Positions 6,539 through 15,785 of a DNA stretch of 15,808 nucleotides are shown here, piece after piece. A model generated the notes under the pieces. It was not told the origin of the DNA and ran no database searches. It saw nothing but the letters and a program-made list of their open reading frames with translations. The DNA comes from a virus. Taxonomy: Duplodnaviria > Heunggongvirae > Uroviricota > Caudoviricetes. The position numbers and the translations under genes are program-made. The DNA is taken from the IMG/VR virus record IMGVR_UViG_2706794698_000009; one strand, written 5' to 3'. Numbering within the stretch: position 1 is the stretch's first letter; the number at the start of each line of letters is the position of its first letter.

Positions 6539-7469
6539 ATTAACCGGCTATGTATGGGATGGTTGCGCTGCATCAGGCATGAAATTATCCAGCGTGGCAA
6601 TTATGGCCCGCCTGGCTGATTTCAGTAATGACGAAGGTGTGTGCTGGCCATCAATTGAAACTATTGCCCGTCAGATTGGCGCGGGGATGAGTACCGTCAG
6701 GACGGCTATCGCGCGGCTGGAAGCAGAAGGCTGGTTAACGCGTAAGGCGCGTCGCCAGGGTAACCGCAATGCGTCGAATGTTTATCAGCTTAACGTTGCG
6801 AAGCTTCAGGCAGCGGCATTTTCTCAACTGTCAGATTCTGACCCGTCAAAATCTGACGCATCAAAATCTGACCCGTCAAAATTTGATGCGTCGAAATCTG
6901 GCAAAAAAGCGGGTTTTCACCCGTCAGAATCTGGCGGGGATCCGTCAGTAAAATCAAAACATGATCCGTCAGATAAAAAACCTTCTCGTCCGGACGCTTC
7001 GCAACCGGACACGCAGACGGATGAACAGGATTTTTTAACTCGCCATCCTGATGCGGTTGTATTCAGCCCTAAAAAGCGCCAGTGGGGAACGCAGGATGAT
7101 TTGACCTGCGCACAGTGGCTCTGGAAAAAAATCATCGCCCTGTACGAGCAAGCCGCCGAATGTGACGGCGAGGTGGTTCGTCCCAAAGAACCGAACTGGA
7201 CAGCCTGGGCAAACGAAATTCGCCTGATGTGTGTGCAGGATGGTCGTACTCACAAACAAATCTGCGAGATGTACAGCCGCGTCAGCCGCGATCCGTTCTG
7301 GTGCCGTAACGTGCTCAGCCCGTCGAAGTTGCGGGAAAAATGGGATGAGCTTTCCCTGCGCTTATCACCGTCCGTCAGCACGTACACCGAAAAACGCGAA
7401 GACCCGTACTTCAAATCCAGTTACGACAACGTGGACTACAGCCAGATCCCGGCAGGATTCAGGGGGTGA
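6528..7469 (+). CDS. Phage replication initiation protein (O-like; N-terminal winged-HTH, repeat linker, C-terminal DnaT-like region)
   Basis: 313 aa. The N-terminus (ARLADFSNDEGVCWPSIETIARQIGAGMSTVRTAIARLEAEGWL) resembles the replication-initiator HTH. The internal pentapeptide repeats DPSKS/DASKS are encoded by DNA iterons. Position is right of the cro/cII-like genes. Confidence 0.7.
   Translation: MSTKLTGYVWDGCAASGMKLSSVAIMARLADFSNDEGVCWPSIETIARQIGAGMSTVRTAIARLEAEGWLTRKARRQGNRNASNVYQLNVAKLQAAAFSQLSDSDPSKSDASKSDPSKFDASKSGKKAGFHPSESGGDPSVKSKHDPSDKKPSRPDASQPDTQTDEQDFLTRHPDAVVFSPKKRQWGTQDDLTCAQWLWKKIIALYEQAAECDGEVVRPKEPNWTAWANEIRLMCVQDGRTHKQICEMYSRVSRDPFWCRNVLSPSKLREKWDELSLRLSPSVSTYTEKREDPYFKSSYDNVDYSQIPAGFRG
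6827..6979 (+). repeat. Iteron array (candidate phage origin of replication) inside the initiator gene
   Basis: Five contiguous 15-bp direct repeats with consensus CCGTCAAAATCTGA span 6827-6901. Three further spaced copies lie at 6920-6934, 6941-6955 and 6965-6979. This is analogous to the lambda origin inside gene O. Confidence 0.6.
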
Positions 7470-7471
7470 TC

Positions 7472-7960
7472 ATGAGTCTGTTAAATGACGTTCAGAAATT
7501 CATTGAAGCCCATCCGGGGTGTACTTCCGGAGACATTGCGGATGCTTTTGCAGGTTACTCACGGCAGCGCGTTCTGCAGTCTGCAAGCAAGTTACGTCAG
7601 AGTGGGCGTGTGGCTCACCGTTGTGAAGGAGATACACGCAGACATTTCCCGCGCCTGACTGAGAGAGCGCAGGAGCCGGAACCACAACCAGTTCGTGAAA
7701 CCAGACCTGTGCGCAATTTCTATGTCGGCACTAACGATCCCCGGGTGATTTTGTGCCTGACCCGCCAGGCGGAAGAACTGGAGTCCAGGGGCTTATACCG
7801 TCGTGCTGCAACGGTGTGGATGGCGGCATTCCGTGAAAGCCACTCCCAGCCAGAACGAAACAATTTTCTGGCGCGTCGTGAGCAGTGTTTACGGAAAAGC
7901 AGCAAGCGTGCTGTATCGAGTGATGAGTGGTATCTGTCAGGGAATTACGTGGGGGCTTAA
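7472..7960 (+). CDS. Putative regulator with a PerC-like C-terminal motif
   Basis: 162 aa from the ATG at 7472, which has AGGGGG upstream; the ORF-track GTG at 7466 overlaps the previous stop. The motif AEELESRGLYRRAATVWMAAF resembles PerC-family activators from memory. Confidence 0.45.
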   Translation: MSLLNDVQKFIEAHPGCTSGDIADAFAGYSRQRVLQSASKLRQSGRVAHRCEGDTRRHFPRLTERAQEPEPQPVRETRPVRNFYVGTNDPRVILCLTRQAEELESRGLYRRAATVWMAAFRESHSQPERNNFLARREQCLRKSSKRAVSSDEWYLSGNYVGA

Positions 7961-8308
7961 TGAGTAATAAATATTGCCAGGCGCTGGTGGAACTACGGAA
8001 CAAACCAGCCCATGAACTGAAGGAAGTGGGCGATCAGTGGCGCACGCCGGATAACATTTTCTGGGGAATTAACACTCTGTTTGGCCCGTTTGTTCTGGAT
8101 CTTTTTACTGACGGTGATAACGCCAAATGTGCCGCGTATTACACGGCGGAAGACAACGCGCTGGCGCATGACTGGTCAGAACGTCTTGCGGAGCTTAAAG
8201 GTGCTGCCTTTGGTAATCCCCCATACAGCCGCGCCAGTCAGCATGAGGGGCAATACATCACCGGCATGCGTTACATCATGAAGCATGCCAGTGCCATGCG
8301 TGATAAAG
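7960..8308 (+). CDS. Phage Dam-type DNA N6-adenine methyltransferase (C-terminus masked)
   Basis: The ATG at 7960 overlaps the upstream TAA. Translation contains WRTPDNIFWGINTLFGPFVLDLFTDGDNAKC and the NPPY-type catalytic motif GNPPYS. The frame runs into the N block at 8309. Confidence 0.7.
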
Positions 8309-8622
8309 NNNNNNNNNNNNNNNNNNNNNNNNNNNNNNNNNNNNNNNNNNNNNNNNNNNNNNNNNNNNNNNNNNNNNNNNNNNNNNNNNNNNNNNNNNNN
8401 NNNNNNNNNNNNNNNNNNNNNNNNNNNNNNNNNNNNNNNNNNNNNNNNNNNNNNNNNNNNNNNNNNNNNNNNNNNNNNNNNNNNNNNNNNNNNNNNNNNN
8501 NNNNNNNNNNNNNNNNNNNNNNNNNNNNNNNNNNNNNNNNNNNNNNNNNNNNNNNNNNNNNNTGAGGCGTTTCTGGCGCAGGTTCGCCAGCAGGCGGAAA
8601 AACTGGTCAGGGAGATGGCGGC

Positions 8623-8949
8623 ATGACGACGTTAACTCAATGCCAGCAGCAGGTGCTGGATATGCTGATTTCTTATCAGAAAGAGCGTGGCTTTCCGCCA
8701 ACCAATCAGGAGGTGGCAACCATGCTGGGATACCGTTCAGTGAATGCAGCGGTAGAGCATCTTCGCGCACTGGAGAAAAAAGGCGTCATCACGATAAAGC
8801 GTGGCGTGGCCCGGGGGATAACGCTTCATACCGCGGTGAAGGACGACGACAGCGAGGCGGTCGGGATTATCCGCTCACTGCTTGCCGGTGAGGAAAGCGC
8901 CAGGCTGCGTGCAGCCCACTGGTTACATGAGAGGGGCCTGAAAGTATGA
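8623..8949 (+). CDS. LexA N-terminal DNA-binding-domain protein lacking the S24 peptidase domain
   Basis: 108 aa; MTTLTQCQQQVLDMLISYQKERGFPPTNQEVATMLGYRSVNAAVEHLRALEKKGVITIKRGVARGITL aligns by eye with the LexA N-terminal winged helix. There is no GDSM or VKR peptidase motif. Confidence 0.75.
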   Translation: MTTLTQCQQQVLDMLISYQKERGFPPTNQEVATMLGYRSVNAAVEHLRALEKKGVITIKRGVARGITLHTAVKDDDSEAVGIIRSLLAGEESARLRAAHWLHERGLKV

Positions 8950-9335
8950 AGCTTATTCTGCCTTTTCCGCCCAGCGTCAACACGTACTGGCGACACCCCA
9001 ACAAAGGGGCGTTTGCTGGTAAGAGCCTGATAAGCGCGGCGGGGCGAAAATTCCAGAGCGCGGCGTGCGCAGCAATAGTTGAGCAGTTACGTCGTCTGCC
9101 GAAACCAACGTCGGCACCTGCTTCAGTGGAGATCGTGTTGTTTCCTCCGGATAACCGGATCCGCGATCTGGACAACTATAACAAGGCGCTGTTTGACGCC
9201 CTGACCCACGCGGGTGTGTGGGAGGACGACAGTCAGGTGAAAAGAATGCTGGTTGAGTGGGGACCGGTTATCCCGGAAGGGAAGGTCGAGATCACTATCA
9301 GTAAGTACGAGAAAACGGCGGGTGCAGCCGCCTGA
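8946..9335 (+). CDS. rusA: RusA-family Holliday junction resolvase
   Basis: 129 aa with LPFPPSVNTYWRH ... RDLDNYNKALFDALTHAGVWEDDSQV, matching the RusA signature. The ATG overlaps the upstream TGA. Confidence 0.85.
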   Translation: MKLILPFPPSVNTYWRHPNKGAFAGKSLISAAGRKFQSAACAAIVEQLRRLPKPTSAPASVEIVLFPPDNRIRDLDNYNKALFDALTHAGVWEDDSQVKRMLVEWGPVIPEGKVEITISKYEKTAGAAA

Positions 9336-9354
9336 TTAAGAGGAGAAACGAAGT

Positions 9355-10164
9355 ATGAATAATCTGATGGTCATTGATGGTATTGAAGTTCGTCGTGATG
9401 CTTATGGGCGTTACAGCCTGAACGATCTGCACAGGGCAGCCGGGGGAGAACAAAAAAACCGCCCGAAATACTGGCTCTCCAATAAGCAAACCTGTGAATT
9501 GATTGAACAACTTTTCACCGAGGGTGGAATTCCGCCTCTGGAACAAAATCAACCAGTTAGCGTCATTAATGGCGGAAATAACCAGGGGACGTATGTCTGC
9601 AAAGAACTGGTGTATGCCTATGCAATGTGGATCAGCCCGTCATTCCATCTGAAGGTGATCCGTACTTTCGATATGGTAACCAGCGTACCGGAAAAATTAT
9701 CCGGGCAGGCTGCTGACAAGATGCAGGCTGGAGTGATTCTGCTGGACTTTATGCGCAGGGAGTTAAACCTGTCTAACTCTTCAGTGCTTGGGGCCTGTCA
9801 GAAACTCCAGGAGGCTGTTGGCTTACCGAATCTGGCACCGCGCTTTGCCATTGATGCTCCTGCTGACGCGCCTGATGGCTCAAGTCGCCCGACACTGTCG
9901 CTGAGTGCACTGCTGAAACAGTATGGTATCCGCCTTACGGCTAATCAGGCATATCACCAGATGGCGAAGCTGGGGATCGTCGAGCAGCGCGAACGATACA
10001 GCCGTACCGCGATTAACAACATCAAAAAATTCTGGTCGCTGACGGCGAAAGGCTGCATGTTCGGCAAGAACATCACCAGTCCCGCAAATCCGCGCGAGAC
10101 GCAGCCGCATTTCTTCGAATCCCGATTCCCTGAGCTGTTAAAGTTGCTCGATACCGTTCATTGA
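9355..10164 (+). CDS. KilA-N domain protein (antirepressor-like)
   Basis: 269 aa with a KilA-N-like N-terminus (IDGIEVRRDAYGRYSLNDLHRAAGG ... YVCKELVYAYAMWISPSFHLKVIRTFD). GAGGAG precedes the ATG. Confidence 0.7.
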   Translation: MNNLMVIDGIEVRRDAYGRYSLNDLHRAAGGEQKNRPKYWLSNKQTCELIEQLFTEGGIPPLEQNQPVSVINGGNNQGTYVCKELVYAYAMWISPSFHLKVIRTFDMVTSVPEKLSGQAADKMQAGVILLDFMRRELNLSNSSVLGACQKLQEAVGLPNLAPRFAIDAPADAPDGSSRPTLSLSALLKQYGIRLTANQAYHQMAKLGIVEQRERYSRTAINNIKKFWSLTAKGCMFGKNITSPANPRETQPHFFESRFPELLKLLDTVH

Positions 10165-10165
10165 G

Positions 10166-11161
10166 GTGACCGTGAGAGCACTACTGACCCCTGAAATAGC
10201 CCCGCGTATGGGGATCGTATTGTTCAGGCCAGGTTCAGAGCTGATGCCCCTGTTTATGCAGGGGCGTGTCCTGCTGGAGCCTGAGCCGGAACGTTATTCA
10301 TCTTTCGCCAGTGGTGCCGTTCCGGCGGCATCACAACCGCTGGCGGATGATCCTGCCGTTCGGGCCGTGTTCCGCAATGAGGCAGTGATCCGTCGTGCTG
10401 GTGGCGTGGAATGTCTTGAAAGCTGGTTACTTCGTGAAAAAGGCTGCCAGTGGCCTCATTCCGACTGGCACAGCGAGAACATGACCACAATGCGACACGC
10501 TCCGGGCGCAATTCGTCTGTGCTGGCACTGCGATAACCAGCTGCGCGATCAGTTCACGGAACGGCTGGAATCAATGGCAACGGATAACTGTGCCCGCTGG
10601 GTGTTGTCTGTTGTGCGTCGGGATCTCGGTTTTGATGACAGTCATGTTGTGACAATGCCGGAACTGTGCTGGTGGCTGATTCGTAATGATCTGGCGGATG
10701 CCTTACCGGAAAGTGCAGCCCGTAAGGCACTGAGATTACCGAAGCCTGTTGTGCCGTCTGTTACCCGGGAAAGTGACCTTGTGCCTTCGGTTCCTGCCAC
10801 CAGCATCATCCAGGATAAGGCGAAAAAGGTGCTGGCGCTGAAAGTGGATCCGGAGTCGCCGGAGTCTTTTATGTTACGCCCAAAACGTCACCGCTGGGTT
10901 AATGAAAAGTACACGCGCTGGGTTAAGACGCAGCCGTGCGCATGTTGTGGAAAACCTGCTGATGATCCCCACCACCTGATAGGCCACGGTCAGGGGGGAA
11001 TGGGTACAAAAGCGCATGACCTTTTTGTGTTGCCTTTGTGCAGAAAGCATCACGACGAGCTGCATGCGGATACCGTGGCATTTGAAGAGAAGTATGGCTC
11101 CCAGCTGGAGCTGATATTTCGTTTTATCGATCGTGCGCTGGCAATAGGCGTACTGGCGTAA
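10166..11161 (+). CDS. ydfU: DUF968-family prophage protein with a C-terminal HNH-like Cys/His motif (YdfU-like)
   Basis: 331 aa. The C-terminus reads CACCGKPADDPHHLIGHGQGG ... CRKHHDELH. It sits immediately upstream of the Q gene, as ydfU does in Qin. The start could be GTG at 10166 or GTG at 10172. Confidence 0.6.
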   Translation: MTVRALLTPEIAPRMGIVLFRPGSELMPLFMQGRVLLEPEPERYSSFASGAVPAASQPLADDPAVRAVFRNEAVIRRAGGVECLESWLLREKGCQWPHSDWHSENMTTMRHAPGAIRLCWHCDNQLRDQFTERLESMATDNCARWVLSVVRRDLGFDDSHVVTMPELCWWLIRNDLADALPESAARKALRLPKPVVPSVTRESDLVPSVPATSIIQDKAKKVLALKVDPESPESFMLRPKRHRWVNEKYTRWVKTQPCACCGKPADDPHHLIGHGQGGMGTKAHDLFVLPLCRKHHDELHADTVAFEEKYGSQLELIFRFIDRALAIGVLA

Positions 11162-11174
11162 GTGGAGAACGAGC

Positions 11175-11927
11175 ATGAACCTTGAAGCCTTACCAAAATA
11201 TTACTCCCCAAAATCTCCAAAATTGAGTGATGACGCACCGGCGACAGGCTCTGGTGGTTTAACGATTACGGATGTGATGGCTGCGCAGGGGATGGTGCAA
11301 TCGAAAGCACCGCTTGGGTTTGCCTTATTCCTGGCAAAAGTTGGTGTTCAGGATCCTCAGTTTGCGATTGAAGGTCTGCTCAATTACGCGATGGCACTGG
11401 ATAACCCGACATTGAATAAATTGAGTGAAGAAACCCGGCTACAGATTATTCCTTACCTTGTGAATTTTGCCTTTGCTGATTATTCCAGGTCTGCGGCAAG
11501 TAAGGCTCGTTGTGAGCATTGTGCTGGTACTGGATTTCATAATGTATTGCGCGAAGTGGTGAAACACTCCAGAAGCGGGGAATCTGTTATCAAAGAAGAG
11601 TGGGTGAAGGAACTATGTCAGCATTGCCATGGTAAGGGAGAAGTCAGCACAGCGTGCAGAGGGTGTAAGGGTAAAGGTATTGTCCTGGATGAAAAAAGGA
11701 CCCGGCTTCATGGCACACCTGTTTATAAGATTTGTGGGCGTTGCAATGGAAAACGGTTTAGTCGTTTACCAACCACACTGGCGCGGCATCATGTCCAGAA
11801 GCTGGTACCGGACCTGACTGATTATCAGTGGTACAAAGGATATGCAGATGTCATTGATAAACTGGTTACAAAGTGCTGGCAGGAAGAAGCATATGCTGAG
11901 GTGCAATTAAGAAAAGTGACGAGATAA
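11175..11927 (+). CDS. quuQ: Late-gene antiterminator Q (phage-82/Qin type, zinc-binding)
   Basis: 250 aa. The start MNLEALPKYYSPKSPKLSDDAPATG and the Cys clusters (CEHCAGTG, CQHCHGKG, CRGCKGKG, CGRCNGK) match remembered QuuQ closely. Confidence 0.85.
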   Translation: MNLEALPKYYSPKSPKLSDDAPATGSGGLTITDVMAAQGMVQSKAPLGFALFLAKVGVQDPQFAIEGLLNYAMALDNPTLNKLSEETRLQIIPYLVNFAFADYSRSAASKARCEHCAGTGFHNVLREVVKHSRSGESVIKEEWVKELCQHCHGKGEVSTACRGCKGKGIVLDEKRTRLHGTPVYKICGRCNGKRFSRLPTTLARHHVQKLVPDLTDYQWYKGYADVIDKLVTKCWQEEAYAEVQLRKVTR

Positions 11928-11958
11928 ATGATTTTCGCCGAAGATGGCGACGTAATGC

Positions 11959-11987
11959 TTGCATTTTTCAAAAAATATGGATAAAAT
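11959..11987 (+). promoter_or_regulatory. Late promoter PR' (candidate Q engagement site)
   Basis: -35 TTGCAT (11959-11964), exact 17-bp spacer, -10 TAAAAT (11982-11987). It lies 32 bp downstream of the Q stop. Confidence 0.6.
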
Positions 11988-12032
11988 TTTTTCAACGATG
12001 GGCTTTATATAACCGACGTTAAGAAAAAGTAG

Positions 12033-12057
12033 AAAACCCGCTGATGAGCGGGTTTTT
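12033..12057 (+). terminator. Intrinsic terminator tR'-like (potentially bidirectional)
   Basis: AAAA, then stem CCCGCT (12037-12042), loop GATG, stem AGCGGG (12047-12052), then TTTTT (12053-12057). It sits about 65 nt downstream of the PR' start. Confidence 0.7.
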
Positions 12058-12342
12058 GTGCTTTAAATAGGGTAATAGAGATGTTGAATCTCATTCCGGG
12101 ATTCATGTTTGTTTACTTATTATTTATCGGGTGACTTTGCCTGATGTTTAAAATGTTTTCTTCCAGTACTATGTCCCTAGATACAATGAGTCTGCATATT
12201 ACATTATTAGCAGAGCTATTACGGTCAAAGTACAGCATAAGCTTTTAAAGCCAATCAACCAGTCATCAAGACAGACGGGGTTATTCATGAAAACTCTCCA
12301 TGTTTGATTCGATGGGGCCTGAAATTAAAGCTTTAATATAGC

Positions 12343-12555
12343 TCATGAAAGGTAAACATTGGCAGCTGAAGGGCCACGCAGACCATTTATCCGGCAAAAT
12401 TCCACGCGTAATCCGGTGGTAATTTCTTCTGCATCGCGGAGATTGAGCGCTGAAACATGAAGCTGGACATCGATACGACCATCGGATGGGGTGATAAGAC
12501 CCTTGCCGCTTTTGCCGTCAAAGGTTTTGACAATTCCTGTCATTTTACGGGACAA
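12343..12555 (-). CDS. cspF: Cold-shock-domain protein, CspF/CspH type
   Basis: 70 aa: [27 protein letters not shown] ... [16 protein letters not shown], matching the CspF/CspH family. It is adjacent and divergent to cspB, as in Qin. Confidence 0.8.
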
Positions 12556-12855
12556 AAAAATTCCTTAATACTGATAACTGGGCGCACTATACACACGTTC
12601 CTGAAGAAAGCTATAGTTTTTTGATGGGGTTGAAGATGGCTGGATGTCTAAAATAAACATTGCTTCATATGTTCAACTATGCGTTAATGATTGCGTCGGT
12701 TTGAAGAACAGACGATATACGAAGTAGTTTACTAAAGCAGTTCTCATTTCAGGTGTTATTCACTTATTCCTTCTTTGAGTCTCTCCAATTAAGTACGAAG
12801 TCGTTTCTGTTATACAAGCCATTTATGCCGAAAGGCTCAAGTTAAGGAATGTAGA

Positions 12856-13071
12856 ATGTCAAATAAAATGACTGGTTTAGTAAAATGGTTTAACGCTGAT
12901 AAAGGTTTTGGCTTTATTTCTCCTGTTGATGGTAGTAAAGATGTGTTTGTGCATTTTTCTGCGATTCAGAATGATAATTTTCGAACCTTATTTGAAGGTC
13001 AAAAGGTTACCTTCTCTGTAGAGAGTGGTGCTAAAGGTCCTGCAGCAGCAAATGTCATAATTACTGATTAA
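12856..13071 (+). CDS. cspB: Cold-shock protein CspB
   Basis: 71 aa: [71 protein letters not shown], near-identical to remembered CspB. It has a long upstream leader typical of cold-shock genes. Confidence 0.9.
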   Translation: MSNKMTGLVKWFNADKGFGFISPVDGSKDVFVHFSAIQNDNFRTLFEGQKVTFSVESGAKGPAAANVIITD

Positions 13072-13755
13072 AATTCATAGTTTGTCTGTATACGATAACG
13101 AAGAAGGCTGATGCCTGAGTGGAGATACAGACAGAGTGGTGAATATTGGATCTCTTTAATAAATAGTAAGGAGGTCCAATACATGAAACAATGGCCAGCA
13201 TATTTGGCAATAACTTAATCAGGAAAAGTATGCTAACCATTGTGGTGAAGTGCAGGTTTGCTGCATGAATAGTTTTACAGCAGAAGCTAACTGCTGGCAT
13301 AGCAAAACAAAGTGCGTAAGTGGATGACNNNNNNNNNNNNNNNNNNNNNNNNNNNNNNNNNNNNNNNNNNNNNNNNNNNNNNNNNNNNNNNNNNNNNNNN
13401 NNNNNNNNNNNNNNNNNNNNNNNNNNNNNNNNNNNNNNNNNNNNNNNNNNNNNNNNNNNNNNNNNNNNNNNNNNNNNNNNNNNNNNNNNNNNNNNNNNNN
13501 NNNNNNNNNNTGATTTTGAGTCTTTACGTTCTGACATAGGCTTTTCCTGTATAAATGGCCGTATACAGTACACTAAATATGAAAACATATCTCGTATTAT
13601 TATTTAATACATGATTTTCTTTTAAAATAATTACCCACATTTTTAATGTGTCTGTTTTTTAGCGCCGTTGAGAACAATGTTTGCTATAAAAACTAACCCA
13701 TAGACTCCGATCTTTTCAAACATATTGCACCATCTGTGTACATCGGGGCGAGGAT

Positions 13756-13916
13756 ATGAAATCAATGGATAAGTTAACAACAGGTATCGCCTATGGCACA
13801 TCGGCTGGTAATGCTGGTTTCTGGGCATTGCAGTTACTCGATAAAGTAACTCCGTCACAGTGGGCTGCAATCGGTGTGCTGGGTAGTCTAGTTTTTGGCC
13901 TGCTGACGTATCTGAC
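13756..13916 (+). CDS. essQ: Holin, phage-21 S21 pinholin family (C-terminus masked)
   Basis: [53 protein letters not shown] matches EssD/EssQ/S21. The M-K-S-M dual-start motif is present and GAGGAT precedes the ATG. Confidence 0.8.
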
Positions 13917-14165
13917 NNNNNNNNNNNNNNNNNNNNNNNNNNNNNNNNNNNNNNNNNNNNNNNNNNNNNNNNNNNNNNNNNNNNNNNNNNNNNNNNNNNN
14001 NNNNNNNNNNNNNNNNNNNNNNNNNNNNNNNNNNNNNNNNNNNNNNNNNNNNNNNNNNNNNNNNNNNNNNNNNNNNNNNNNNNNNNNNNNNNNNNNNNNN
14101 NNNNNNNNNNNNNNNNNNNNNNNNNNNNNNNNNNNNNNNNNNNNNNNNNNNNNNNNNNNNNGAAT

Positions 14166-14357
14166 GTGTGGATAACCTACAAAGGAAAGCTACCGGGAAG
14201 AATTACTGGTTCTCTGAAGACGCCACCGACGGCATTGCGGTCAGAAAAAGATGATATTGAATCGCCCATTGAAAAACTGGAGGGCAGCGTCGCTGATCTG
14301 AATAAAAAATTGTCGGTGCTGATTCCTTCTGAAGATGAAAAAAAACGCCGCGATGAG
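14166..14357 (+). CDS. Coding fragment between two masked blocks; frame and identity unresolved
   Basis: Frame 0 reads ...DDIESPIEKLEGSVADLNKKLSVLIPSEDEKKRRDE and continues into the mask. Frame 2 reads ECVDNLQRKATGKNYWFSEDATDGIAVRKR, ending in a stop at 14252-14254. Both look protein-like. Confidence 0.2.
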
Positions 14358-14763
14358 NNNNNNNNNNNNNNNNNNNNNNNNNNNNNNNNNNNNNNNNNNN
14401 NNNNNNNNNNNNNNNNNNNNNNNNNNNNNNNNNNNNNNNNNNNNNNNNNNNNNNNNNNNNNNNNNNNNNNNNNNNNNNNNNNNNNNNNNNNNNNNNNNNN
14501 NNNNNNNNNNNNNNNNNNNNNNNNNNNNNNNNNNNNNNNNNNNNNNNNNNNNNNNNNNNNNNNNNNNNNNNNNNNNNNNNNNNNNNNNNNNNNNNNNNNN
14601 NNNNNNNTTAAATCAGCAAAAGTTTGTTTTGGTAGATTTGTGTAATCCATAGTCACCTCTGTGTTTATCAGATTGACATCCTCCTCCCGCCAGTGCCCAT
14701 CACTGGTGAGGTAAGATTTAACATATCCGGGGATTTGAAGCCGATAAATCCTGATAAATATCC

Positions 14764-15785
<1,022 letters not shown>

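Noticed and set aside
6769-6951. 60-aa plus-strand ORF (…LTRQNLTHQNLTRQNL…) and the possibility that the repeats are a CRISPR array
   Set aside because: The repeats are contiguous 15-bp iterons with no unique spacers, inside a coding gene. The ORF is an alternative-frame reading of those repeats.
8640-9175. Arg/Gly-rich alternative-frame ORFs (8640-8891 plus strand, 8867-9175 minus strand) over the LexA-like and RusA genes
   Set aside because: They are shadow frames of GC-rich coding sequence; the LexA-like and RusA frames have clear family signatures.
13083-13131. Terminator downstream of cspB
   Set aside because: The inverted repeat GTCTGTAT ... ATACAGAC has a loop of about 33 nt and no T-tract, so it is not a convincing intrinsic terminator.
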